DNA of 27,745 bases from Eubacteriales bacterium (GTDB taxonomy: Bacteria; Bacillota; Clostridia; Oscillospirales; QAKW01), in assembly GCA_045588515.1 (NCBI GenBank), contig JAZNEH010000220.1:1-27745 (forward strand), in the 5' to 3' direction. The notes under the pieces were generated by a model. It was given only the letters and a program-made list of their open reading frames with translations. It was not told where the DNA came from and searched no databases. The translations under genes and the position numbers were made by a program. Positions within the stretch are counted from its first letter, which is position 1, and each line of letters begins with the position of its first letter. Below are positions 1-7,550 of the stretch, piece by piece.

Positions 1-30
1 GTAGTCATTTTTCTCTTTAACATTTTTCTT

Positions 31-69
31 TCATAATAAAAACTCGGCAACACCGAGTTTTTATTATGA
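31..69. terminator. Bidirectional intrinsic terminator-like hairpin
   Basis: Perfect 17-bp inverted repeat TCATAATAAAAACTCGG (31-47) / CCGAGTTTTTATTATGA (53-69), 5-nt loop, A/T tracts on both sides. Confidence 0.75.
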
Positions 70-84
70 TTTTCCTCAAAAGGC

Positions 85-113
85 TTGACTTTTAGCACTA
101 AAAGTGTTAAAGT
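85..113 (+). promoter_or_regulatory. Sigma-A promoter of the ABC operon with an embedded palindromic operator
   Basis: TTGACT (85-90), 17 bp, TG-n-TAAAGT (108-113); palindrome ACTTTTAG-CA-CTAAAAGT at 88-105. Confidence 0.7.
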
Positions 114-148
114 CTAAAAAGGATAAAGATTTGGAGGGAAACCATAAA

Positions 149-1117
149 ATGCATACAAAAAAACTGATTGCGGCTTTGGCCGCTTTTACTATGTTGGTTA
201 CCGGGTGCCTTTCCTTAAGTTCCTGCGGGGCCGTGAACGATGGCACCTACAAAGTGGGCATCGTTCAACTGGTTCAGCATGAGGCTCTGGATGCTGCCAC
301 CAAGGGCTTTAAACAAGCCTTAACCGATAAACTGGGCGATAAAGTAAAGTTTGACGAAAAGAACGCCTCCGGCGATTCCGCCAACTGCACCACCATCGCC
401 ACCGGCTTTGTGGCCGATCGGGTGGATCTGATTATGGCCAACGCCACTGCTTCCTTGCAGGCGGCCGTTGCCGCCACCGGCGAGATTCCTGTGCTGGGTA
501 CTTCCATCACCGATTATGCCACCGCCCTGGAACTCGAAAACTGGACCGGCACCGTGGGCAACAACGTATCCGGCGCATCCGATCTAGCACCTTTGGATCA
601 GCAGGCGGATATGATTGCGGAACTGTTCCCCAATGCCAAAAAGGTGGGCTTGCTCTATTGCACCACCGAACCCAACTCCATCTATCAATGCACCAAGATG
701 GAAGAATATCTGAAAGCCAAAAATTTGGAGGTCAAATGGTTCGGCTTTACCGATACCAACGACGTTGCTTCTGTTACCAAGGCGGCCTGTGATGCCATGG
801 ACGTGATCTACATCCCCACCGACAACACCGCCGCTTCCAACAGCGAAGCCATTGCCAACGTGGTTCTGCCCGAAAAGGTGCCGGTGATCACCGGCGAAGT
901 GGGGCCCTGCAAAGCCTGCGGCGTTGCCACCTTAAGCATTGATTACTATGATATGGGCTACGCCACCGGCGAAATGGCCTATAAGATCCTGGTGGAAGGT
1001 GCCGATGTGAAAACGATGCCGGTTCAAACCGTGGATAAAGTTACCAAAATGTATAATGCGGCCAACTGCGAAGCCTTGGGCATTCCCGCCCCCGAAGGCT
1101 ACACCGTTATCGAATAA
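149..1117 (+). CDS. ABC transporter substrate-binding lipoprotein, COG2984/TrpX-like (aromatic amino acid type)
   Basis: Start moved to ATG 149 (GGAGG at 133-137); lipobox LSSC; motifs IVQLVQHEALDAA, NASGDS, YIPTDNT typical of this family. Confidence 0.85.
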   Translation: MHTKKLIAALAAFTMLVTGCLSLSSCGAVNDGTYKVGIVQLVQHEALDAATKGFKQALTDKLGDKVKFDEKNASGDSANCTTIATGFVADRVDLIMANATASLQAAVAATGEIPVLGTSITDYATALELENWTGTVGNNVSGASDLAPLDQQADMIAELFPNAKKVGLLYCTTEPNSIYQCTKMEEYLKAKNLEVKWFGFTDTNDVASVTKAACDAMDVIYIPTDNTAASNSEAIANVVLPEKVPVITGEVGPCKACGVATLSIDYYDMGYATGEMAYKILVEGADVKTMPVQTVDKVTKMYNAANCEALGIPAPEGYTVIE

Positions 1118-1144
1118 AAATAATAATCACCCGGAGGATTTCCA

Positions 1145-2110
1145 ATGGCAATTTTACAAAGCTTATTAAATTTTTTCAGTGATCTGATGAACTCCATGCC
1201 CGGCGCTGTGAACCAAGGCGTGATCTGGGGCATTATGGCCATCGGCGTTTACATTACTTATCGCATTTTAGACGTGGCTGACCTGACGGTGGATGGCTCC
1301 ATCGCCACCGGCGGTGCCGTTTGCGTGCTGTTGACCCTAAACGGCGTGCCCGTTTGGGTGGCGATGATCTGCGCCATGATCGCCGGGATGCTGGCGGGTC
1401 TGGTGACCGGCGTTCTGCATACCCTTTGCGGCATCCCCGCTATTCTGGCCGGTATTTTAACCCAGCTGGCCCTTTACTCCGTGAACCTGCACATTATGGG
1501 CTGGGGCACCGGCAACGGCCGGGCCAATCTGCCCATCAGCGTAGATAAATATGATATTCTGGTTTCCTCCCGCTATGTATTTGATTTAAGCCTGAAAAAC
1601 CCGCTGATCGTGTTGGTTTTAGTGGCATTGATTATTATCTGCCTGCTCTATTGGTTCTTCGGAACGGAGATCGGTTGTTCCCTGCGGGCCACCGGCGCCA
1701 ATCAGCAAATGGCTCGGGCTCAAGGCATCAATACCAAAAAAGGAATTATTTTAGGATTGGTGATCTCAAATGGGATGGTTGCTCTTTCCGGCGCACTTTT
1801 GAGCCAGTATCAAGGCTTTTCTGATATCAATATGGGCCGCGGAGCCATCGTTATCGGTTTAGCGGCTGTGATTATCGGCGAAGTGCTATTCAGCAAGATC
1901 TTCCGCAACTTTGCTTTGAAACTTTTGGCCTGCATTATCGGCGGCGTGATCTACTACGCTGTGATCCAGTTGGTATTGCGGCTGGGCCTTTCTACCGACG
2001 ATCTGAAACTGCTCACCGCCGCTGTGGTTGGCATCTTCCTGGCGATCCCCTATTGGAAAAGCACCGCCATTAAGCGGAATACGAAGAAGGAGGGCAAAGC
2101 AAAATGCTGA
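1145..2110 (+). CDS. ABC transporter permease, COG4120/TrpY-like
   Basis: Hydrophobic; ADLTVDGS, LRATGAN, GFSDINMGRGAIVIGLAAVIIGE motifs; lies between the binding protein and the ATPase. Confidence 0.88.
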   Translation: MAILQSLLNFFSDLMNSMPGAVNQGVIWGIMAIGVYITYRILDVADLTVDGSIATGGAVCVLLTLNGVPVWVAMICAMIAGMLAGLVTGVLHTLCGIPAILAGILTQLALYSVNLHIMGWGTGNGRANLPISVDKYDILVSSRYVFDLSLKNPLIVLVLVALIIICLLYWFFGTEIGCSLRATGANQQMARAQGINTKKGIILGLVISNGMVALSGALLSQYQGFSDINMGRGAIVIGLAAVIIGEVLFSKIFRNFALKLLACIIGGVIYYAVIQLVLRLGLSTDDLKLLTAAVVGIFLAIPYWKSTAIKRNTKKEGKAKC

Positions 2111-2898
2111 AAATTCAAGATGTAACCCAAATTTTTAACCCCGGTACCATCAACGAAAAGGTTGCCCTCAACGGCTTGAACCTGCACTTGAACGAAGGGG
2201 ACTTTTGCACCGTTATCGGCGGGAACGGGGCCGGTAAATCCACTATGCTGAATGCAGTGGCCGGCACCTATATCACCACCTCCGGCACCATTTTACTGGA
2301 CGGCGTGGACGTAACTTTGATGCCCGAGCATAAACGTGCCAAATATCTGGGGCGTGTGTTCCAAGACCCTATGACTGGCACCGCCGCCACTATGCAGATC
2401 GAAGAAAACTTGGCTCTTGCCAAGCGTCGGGGTCAGCACCGCGGCCTGAAACGTGGGATTACTCCCGCCGAGCGGGAAGAATATTATGAACTTTTGAAAC
2501 TTTTGGATCTGGGTCTGGAGGATCGGCTGACCGCCAAGGTCGGCCTGCTTTCCGGCGGCCAACGCCAGGCGCTGACTCTGCTGATGGCCAGTTTGGTGAA
2601 ACCCAAACTGTTGCTCTTAGACGAGCATACCGCCGCTTTGGACCCCAAGACTGCCGCCAAGGTACTGGAGGCCACCGATCGGATCATCGAAAAGGATCAT
2701 CTGACCACCCTGATGATCACTCATAATATGAAGGATGCTATTAAACACGGCAACCGGCTGGTGATGATGCATAACGGCAAGATCATCTTTGATGTTTCCG
2801 GCGAAGAAAAACAAAAACTGACAGTAGACGATCTGATGGCTAAGTTCAGCCAACAAAGTGGCGCCGAATTTGCCAACGACCGTGCTTTACTAAACTAA
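2104..2898 (+). CDS. ABC transporter ATP-binding protein, COG1101-like
   Basis: Walker A GGNGAGKS, signature LSGGQRQ, Walker B LLLLDEHTAALD, H-loop ITH; overlaps the permease stop. Confidence 0.93.
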   Translation: MLKIQDVTQIFNPGTINEKVALNGLNLHLNEGDFCTVIGGNGAGKSTMLNAVAGTYITTSGTILLDGVDVTLMPEHKRAKYLGRVFQDPMTGTAATMQIEENLALAKRRGQHRGLKRGITPAEREEYYELLKLLDLGLEDRLTAKVGLLSGGQRQALTLLMASLVKPKLLLLDEHTAALDPKTAAKVLEATDRIIEKDHLTTLMITHNMKDAIKHGNRLVMMHNGKIIFDVSGEEKQKLTVDDLMAKFSQQSGAEFANDRALLN

Positions 2899-2915
2899 AA
2901 GGTTAAAACTTTCCC

Positions 2916-2944
2916 TTGACAAAGGGATCTGCTTATGCTATATT
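2916..2944 (+). promoter_or_regulatory. Sigma-A promoter for the T-box/trpB leader
   Basis: TTGACA (2916-2921), 17 bp, TG-n-TATATT (2939-2944). Confidence 0.8.
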
Positions 2945-2957
2945 AATACCATATTGA

Positions 2958-3226
2958 AACCAATGAGTAAGAAGAGTAGGATCTTTGGAAACTCCAAGAG
3001 AGCCGCTGATGCTGGAATTGCGGCAGTGAAAGAGGATCTGAATGGCCTTACGAGGGCAACTGAACGCAAAGCGCTTGCTTTGTTAGTAGTCGTTGACGGG
3101 GCGTGCCCGTTATCGCCACGACCTGCGTGATTGCGCAGAATGAGCGGATGATTTTTCATCAATATGGGTGGCACCGCAGAAAAGGTTTTCTGTCCCATAC
3201 TTCCTTCGGGAAGTATGGGATTTTTT
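2958..3226 (+). ncRNA. T-box riboswitch, tryptophan-specific, transcriptional attenuator
   Basis: Stem I with AGUA (2975-2978) / GAA (3040-3042), AGAGA and GCUG motifs; specifier UGG at 3043-3045 bounded by helices GTAAG/CTTAC and GGATC/GATCT; antiterminator bulge UGGCACC (3169-3175), whose variable C would pair with the G73 discriminator of tRNA-Trp; lies upstream of trpB. Confidence 0.93.
3193..3226 (+). terminator. T-box attenuator terminator
   Basis: TCCCATACTTCC-TTCG-GGAAGTATGGGA followed by TTTTTT; the 5' arm overlaps the antiterminator 3' strand. Confidence 0.92.
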
Positions 3227-3245
3227 AATGGAAAGGAGCATAAAA

Positions 3246-3308
3246 ATGTTTTTAATGACCAAACGATGGCGAACCGGAAATACATTTGCCAATTTTAAAA
3301 ACATTTGA
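3246..3308 (+). CDS. Putative 20-aa leader peptide MFLMTKRWRTGNTFANFKNI
   Basis: AAAGGAG (3232-3238) 7 nt before ATG 3246; one TGG codon (3267-3269); TGA at 3306-3308, 2 nt before the trpB RBS. Confidence 0.5.
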   Translation: MFLMTKRWRTGNTFANFKNI

Positions 3309-3327
3309 ATAAAAGGAGAATATAACT

Positions 3328-4545
3328 ATGATCTTTAACAATATTGATTTCGATACCTATCTCAAAAACTATCCCGACGAAAAGGGCTATTTCGGTAAAT
3401 ACGGCGGATCCTTTGTTTCCCCCGAATTGCAAAAGGCTATGGACGAGATTACCGAAGCCTATTTCACCATCTGCAAATCCAGTAAATTCATCAGCGAACT
3501 GCGCCGCATCCGCAAGGAATTTCAGGGCCGGCCCACGCCGATCTCCCATCTGGAGCGCCTTTCTGCCAAGTTGGGCAATGTGCAACTTTACGTTAAGCGG
3601 GAGGACCTGAACCATACCGGCGCCCATAAACTGAACCATTGTATGGGCGAGGCGCTTTTAGCCAAGTATATGGGCAAGAAAAAATTGATTGCAGAAACCG
3701 GTGCCGGGCAACACGGTGTGGCCTTAGCCACTGCCGCCGCTTATTTCGGCTTGGAATGTGATATTTATATGGGCTCTGTGGATATTAAGAAGCAGGCGCC
3801 CAACGTGGCAAGAATGAAGATCCTGGGTGCCAACGTGGTAGAGGTCACCCACGGTTTGGCTACCCTGAAGGAAGCCGTTGATGCCGCTTTTGAGGCCTAT
3901 GCCCGGGAATATAAGGATGCCATCTATTGCATCGGCTCCGTGGTAGGCCCCCATCCCTTCCCCATGATGGTGCGGGATTTCCAAAGCGTCGTGGGCATCG
4001 AGGCCCGGGAGCAGTTCAAGGAAATGACCGGTGAACTGCCCGATGCCATCGTAGCTTGCGTGGGCGGCGGCTCCAACTCCGCCGGATTCTTTGCCGGATT
4101 TTTGAACGATCCTGTTACTATTTACGGTATTGAGCCTTTGGGCCGAGGCACCAAACTGGGCGATCACGCCGCCAGCCTGCAATACGGCACCGAAGGTGTA
4201 ATGCACGGCTTCAACAGCATTATGCTGAAAGATGAAAACGGCGATCCCGCCCCGGTTTATTCTGTTGCCAGCGGCTTGGACTATCCCTCCAGCGGGCCGG
4301 AGCACGCTTTCCTGCATACTCTGGGCAGAGTCAAATATGATGTGGTAAACGATGAAGACACCATCGACGCCTTCTTCGAACTTTCCCGGATGGAAGGCAT
4401 CATCCCCGCCATCGAAAGCGCCCACGCAGTTGCCTACGGTATCAAACTGGCGAAAGAGATGGGTAAGGGGTCTGTATTAATCAACCTTTCCGGCCGCGGC
4501 GATAAAGATATGGACTATGTGATTGAAAACTATGGCATTCGTTAA
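3328..4545 (+). CDS. trpB: Tryptophan synthase beta subunit, stand-alone (no trpA in window)
   Basis: PLP lysine motif [11 protein letters not shown], catalytic Glu motif [15 protein letters not shown], GLDYPxxGPEH, NLSGRGDKD. Confidence 0.95.
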   Translation: MIFNNIDFDTYLKNYPDEKGYFGKYGGSFVSPELQKAMDEITEAYFTICKSSKFISELRRIRKEFQGRPTPISHLERLSAKLGNVQLYVKREDLNHTGAHKLNHCMGEALLAKYMGKKKLIAETGAGQHGVALATAAAYFGLECDIYMGSVDIKKQAPNVARMKILGANVVEVTHGLATLKEAVDAAFEAYAREYKDAIYCIGSVVGPHPFPMMVRDFQSVVGIEAREQFKEMTGELPDAIVACVGGGSNSAGFFAGFLNDPVTIYGIEPLGRGTKLGDHAASLQYGTEGVMHGFNSIMLKDENGDPAPVYSVASGLDYPSSGPEHAFLHTLGRVKYDVVNDEDTIDAFFELSRMEGIIPAIESAHAVAYGIKLAKEMGKGSVLINLSGRGDKDMDYVIENYGIR

Positions 4546-4572
4546 CGATTGCAAAATAAAATATGATGTGTT

Positions 4573-4609
4573 AGAATAAGAGTGGATGTTCTCCACTCTT
4601 ATTCTTTTT
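4573..4609 (+). terminator. trpB terminator overlapping the MATE promoter
   Basis: 14-bp stem AGAATAAGAGTGGA / TCCACTCTTATTCT plus T-run; overlapping promoter TTGCAA (4549-4554), 17 bp, TAGAAT (4572-4577). Confidence 0.75.
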
Positions 4610-4621
4610 GCAGGAGTTTTT

Positions 4622-5977
4622 ATGAAGCGAACGAACGATTTAGGCAAAGACCGTATTCCGGGATTGATCCTGCGAATGAGCCTGCCCACCATTGCGGCAC
4701 AGCTGGTTAATTTATTATACAGTATCGTGGACCGGATCTATATCGGCCATATCCCCGGCATCGGCGAAAGTGCCCTGACCGGGATCGGGCTTGCCACCCC
4801 GGTGATTATCATCATTTCTTCCTTCAGTTCCTTTGTGGGCGGGGGCGGTGCTCCCTTAGCCTCCATTGCCCTGGGGCAGAAGAATTCCAAGCGAGCGGGT
4901 CAAATTCTGGGCAACGGTACCGCCTTGCTGGCGATACTCTCTATCCTACTACCCGCAGTCTTTTACCCGACTATGAAGCCCTTTTTGTTTATGACCGGCG
5001 CCGGCGAAGCCACCTACCCTTATGCGGCCGAATACCTGCGGATCTATCTTTTGGGAACGCCTATGGTGATGGTTGCCGTGGGGCTATCGCCCTTTATTCT
5101 GTTGCAGGGTAAAACCATGATCGCCACTCTTTCGGTGGTGATCGGCGCCGTTGCCAACATCATTTTGGATCCCCTCTTCATCTACGGCTTGAAAATGGGC
5201 GTCAAAGGCGCCGCTTTAGCAACCGTCATTTCCCAATCCCTCAGCGCAACCTGGGTGCTTTATTACCTGATCGCTAAAGCCCCCGCCTTGCGCATCCGCC
5301 CCCGGGACCTACGACTGCAACCTAAGATTTTAAGACGGATTGCCGCCTTGGGCATCTCTCCCTTTGTGATGAGTATTACAGAAAGTATTATTTCCATCGT
5401 AATGAACGGCGGGTTGAAACAATACGGCGGAGATCTTTATGTAGGCTGCCTGACCATTATGCAAAGCGTGATGCAGTTCATCGGCGTGCCGGTGGCCGGC
5501 TTCACCCAAGGAGTGGCCCCCATCATCAGTTTCAACTATGGCGCCGGCAATAAAAAACGGGTGCGTTCCACCTTTGCCATTATGCTCTTGATTCTATTTT
5601 CCTATACCGCCTTGCTGGCCCTTTCGACAATGCTGTTCCCCGGCTTTTACGCCGCCATCTTTACCAACAACGCCCAATTGATCGCCCTTTGTAAAAAGGC
5701 ACTGCCTATCTTTATGGGAGGAATGCTGATCTTCGGGATACAAAGAGCCTGCCAGACCGCCTTTTTGGCGTTGGGGCAAGCCAAGTTTTCCCTGTTCATC
5801 GCTCTGCTCCGTAAGATCATTCTGCTGGTGCCTCTAGCCTTGATCCTGCCCCGTTTTATGGGTGTCTTCGGGATCTATTGGGCGGAGCCCATCGCCGATG
5901 CCCTTGCCGCCACCACCTGCGGTATTCTGTTCCTTTGTAATTTTAATAAAATTCTCGCTAACCCACCCAAATCATAA
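4622..5977 (+). CDS. MATE family efflux transporter
   Basis: Start moved to ATG 4622 (AGGAG upstream); LPTIAAQLVNLLYSIVDRIYIG, NIILDPLFIY, GAALATVISQ, PIISFNYGA motifs; about 12 TM segments. Confidence 0.93.
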   Translation: MKRTNDLGKDRIPGLILRMSLPTIAAQLVNLLYSIVDRIYIGHIPGIGESALTGIGLATPVIIIISSFSSFVGGGGAPLASIALGQKNSKRAGQILGNGTALLAILSILLPAVFYPTMKPFLFMTGAGEATYPYAAEYLRIYLLGTPMVMVAVGLSPFILLQGKTMIATLSVVIGAVANIILDPLFIYGLKMGVKGAALATVISQSLSATWVLYYLIAKAPALRIRPRDLRLQPKILRRIAALGISPFVMSITESIISIVMNGGLKQYGGDLYVGCLTIMQSVMQFIGVPVAGFTQGVAPIISFNYGAGNKKRVRSTFAIMLLILFSYTALLALSTMLFPGFYAAIFTNNAQLIALCKKALPIFMGGMLIFGIQRACQTAFLALGQAKFSLFIALLRKIILLVPLALILPRFMGVFGIYWAEPIADALAATTCGILFLCNFNKILANPPKS

Positions 5978-5987
5978 AATCCATAAA

Positions 5988-6023
5988 ACCTCCTGCGGCC
6001 AATGTACCGTAGGAGGTCTTTTT
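5988..6023 (+). terminator. Intrinsic terminator after MATE
   Basis: ACCTCCTGCGG / CCGTAGGAGGT stem followed by a T-run. Confidence 0.75.
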
Positions 6024-6106
6024 ATATAAAAATGCCCCTTTTTTCCCTTTTTTCGCCAAACACTCCCCCCACACTCTACATCATCAAAAAGAACCGTTTT
6101 ACGCAA

Positions 6107-6192
6107 CAAGAAATATTTCTTGCTATTTCTTGTAATTTCTATTGACAAGAAATTATTTCTATGATAGGATGATAGCAAGAAATGGTTTCTTG
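6107..6192 (+). promoter_or_regulatory. Sigma-A promoter embedded in an array of CAAGAAA/TTTCTWK operator half-sites
   Basis: TTGACA (6142-6147), 17 bp, TG-n-TAGGAT (6165-6170); eight half-sites at 6107, 6116, 6126, 6136, 6146, 6156, 6176, 6186. Confidence 0.75.
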
Positions 6193-6249
6193 CTGAGAGA
6201 TCGTTTGGGATTGTGTTAATGGTTTTGGTTATCATGGAGGTGCATCATT

Positions 6250-6783
6250 ATGCAATACGAAAAAGTAATTTTGGAAATGCTTGAACGGATTCAAACATTA
6301 GAAGAACAAGTTCATGCATTAAAAGAAAAGCAAGCGACAATGCTTACGGATCCGTTTCCGGCGTCACCGCCGGTTTGCCGGGAGGGACTGATCCCGCCGA
6401 CTCCTCGCCGCACCAATTCCAAAGTAACTAACGAGATGCTGGAAGCTTGCTATCAGGCGGGCAGAAAAGCCACCGCTTCAGAGTATGCCGACGTGGTTCT
6501 ATTATCGGAGCAGGTCCATTTAAAAACCGGAATGAACAAAAACAATGCGCTGATGACAATCTTTGCGGTGATGGCATTGCTGAGGGGCGAGCTTTATAAG
6601 CGTGCGATCAGCGGGAAAGCCACCGCCAAATACTTTGATAACATTTTGCGGGATTACGGCAAAGGCGGCCTCCAGCGTGCCATTGCCGCTATGCGGATGC
6701 ACATTCATTACCGCCGCTCTCTACACCACAACGTAGACCTGCTGGAACAGATCTGCGATCAATATCAAACTAAAATCGGATGA
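6250..6783 (+). CDS. Hypothetical protein: N-terminal coiled coil, Pro-rich linker, helical domain paralogous to the next gene
   Basis: GGAGG at 6236-6240; 177 aa; aligns by eye with 6835-7203. Confidence 0.8.
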   Translation: MQYEKVILEMLERIQTLEEQVHALKEKQATMLTDPFPASPPVCREGLIPPTPRRTNSKVTNEMLEACYQAGRKATASEYADVVLLSEQVHLKTGMNKNNALMTIFAVMALLRGELYKRAISGKATAKYFDNILRDYGKGGLQRAIAAMRMHIHYRRSLHHNVDLLEQICDQYQTKIG

Positions 6784-6834
6784 AGATTAAATAATACTGT
6801 TATTTTTCGAGATAAACAATAAAGGAGAAACTAT

Positions 6835-7203
6835 ATGGGGAAGCAAAAACTAACGTCTGATATGATAGCACAGCTTTATCAGCTTGCTAAAAGTGTTCAT
6901 TTCGGGAAGATTTCAATGAAAAAAGCCAAGGAAACGGCAGAAACCCTCTATAAAATTCATCCCGGAACAGCGGAGGGATATTTTCGAAATTTATCGCATC
7001 TGCTTGCCGGCGAAAAATATATTCGCACCATGAACGAGCAAGCGACCCAATATTTTCTGGATCACATTTTAATTGATTTTGGGATTGAAGCTATGCGTGC
7101 TTCATTGGTTTCTATCAGCAAGCATAAGGCTTATTACGAGAATAAAGCGACAAAAGAGCGATATCTTGATCGCATATTAAAGGATTATCATTTTCAATTA
7201 TAA
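6835..7203 (+). CDS. Hypothetical protein, single helical domain paralogous to the previous gene
   Basis: AAAGGAG at 6821-6827; 122 aa; shares the LLxGExYxR, ATxxYxDxILxDxG, H..Y pattern. Confidence 0.8.
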   Translation: MGKQKLTSDMIAQLYQLAKSVHFGKISMKKAKETAETLYKIHPGTAEGYFRNLSHLLAGEKYIRTMNEQATQYFLDHILIDFGIEAMRASLVSISKHKAYYENKATKERYLDRILKDYHFQL

Positions 7204-7242
7204 AAAAACTCTCAATTGGGCTTTTTCCAATTGAGAGTTTTT
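7204..7242. terminator. Bidirectional terminator
   Basis: AAAAACTCTCAATTGG / CCAATTGAGAGTTTTT 16-bp stem between convergent ORFs. Confidence 0.85.
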
Positions 7243-7257
7243 CTATTTTGATACAGT

Positions 7258-7413
7258 TTACATTTTCTTCAGGAAGTCAGCGCTCATCTTTACGCTATCG
7301 AAGGGATCGCCGGGGCAGGTATCTTGTTCTACCACATAGTATTTTACACCGCATTTTTTGGCGGTATCCATCGTATTCCGCAGCGTATAGATCTGCAAAC
7401 CAAAATCTTTCAT
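7258..7413 (-). pseudogene. Internally deleted sugar phosphate isomerase/epimerase (xylose isomerase-like TIM barrel) mini-gene, 51 aa
   Basis: Not in the ORF track. Translates as MKDFGLQIYTLRNTMDTAKKCGVKYYVVEQDTCPGDPFDSVKMSADFLKKM: the family N-terminal GLQxYTxR motif is fused in frame to the C-terminal GVxYYVVEQD...DPFxS motif; AAAGGA RBS and TTGCTT-17-TAAAAT promoter (7477-7449) upstream. Confidence 0.75.
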
Positions 7414-7550
7414 CGTTCAAAAATTTCCTTTGGACTTTATTTTCATCCATTTTACCCCATTTCAAAGAAAAAAGCAACTCCTTGATAAAATTTCTACGAT
7501 ATGATACAATTTTAAAAACAAATTCCGGGAAATCACAAAGGAGAATGAAA

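Noticed and set aside
92-110. TTAGCACT resembling a CIRCE (HrcA) half-site
   Set aside because: The second half follows after 3 nt rather than 9 and is imperfect; the downstream genes are not chaperones
104-148. Tracked 5' extensions of ORFs (104, 4586, 7248, 9828, 10892, 12645, 13582, 20908, 25505)
   Set aside because: They overlap promoters or neighbouring genes; internal ATGs have proper RBS spacing and match family N-termini
3043-3047. Alternative reading of the T-box specifier as GGC (Gly)
   Set aside because: Helix boundaries place UGG in the codon position, the antiterminator UGGC fits a G73 discriminator, and the downstream gene is trpB
2938-3304. Minus-strand ORFs of 115 and 64 aa over the trpB leader
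   Set aside because: They are antisense to a well-formed T-box, with no RBS or recognisable motifs
3724-4425. Long antisense or alternate-frame ORFs such as 3724-4425, 7295-7816, 11727-12332, 12923-13564, 16399-16887, 25924-26418
   Set aside because: They shadow well-supported genes, as expected at about 50% GC, and show no independent motifs or RBS
5972-6235. 87-aa minus-strand ORF across the operator array
   Set aside because: Low-complexity translation of promoter and terminator DNA with no family features
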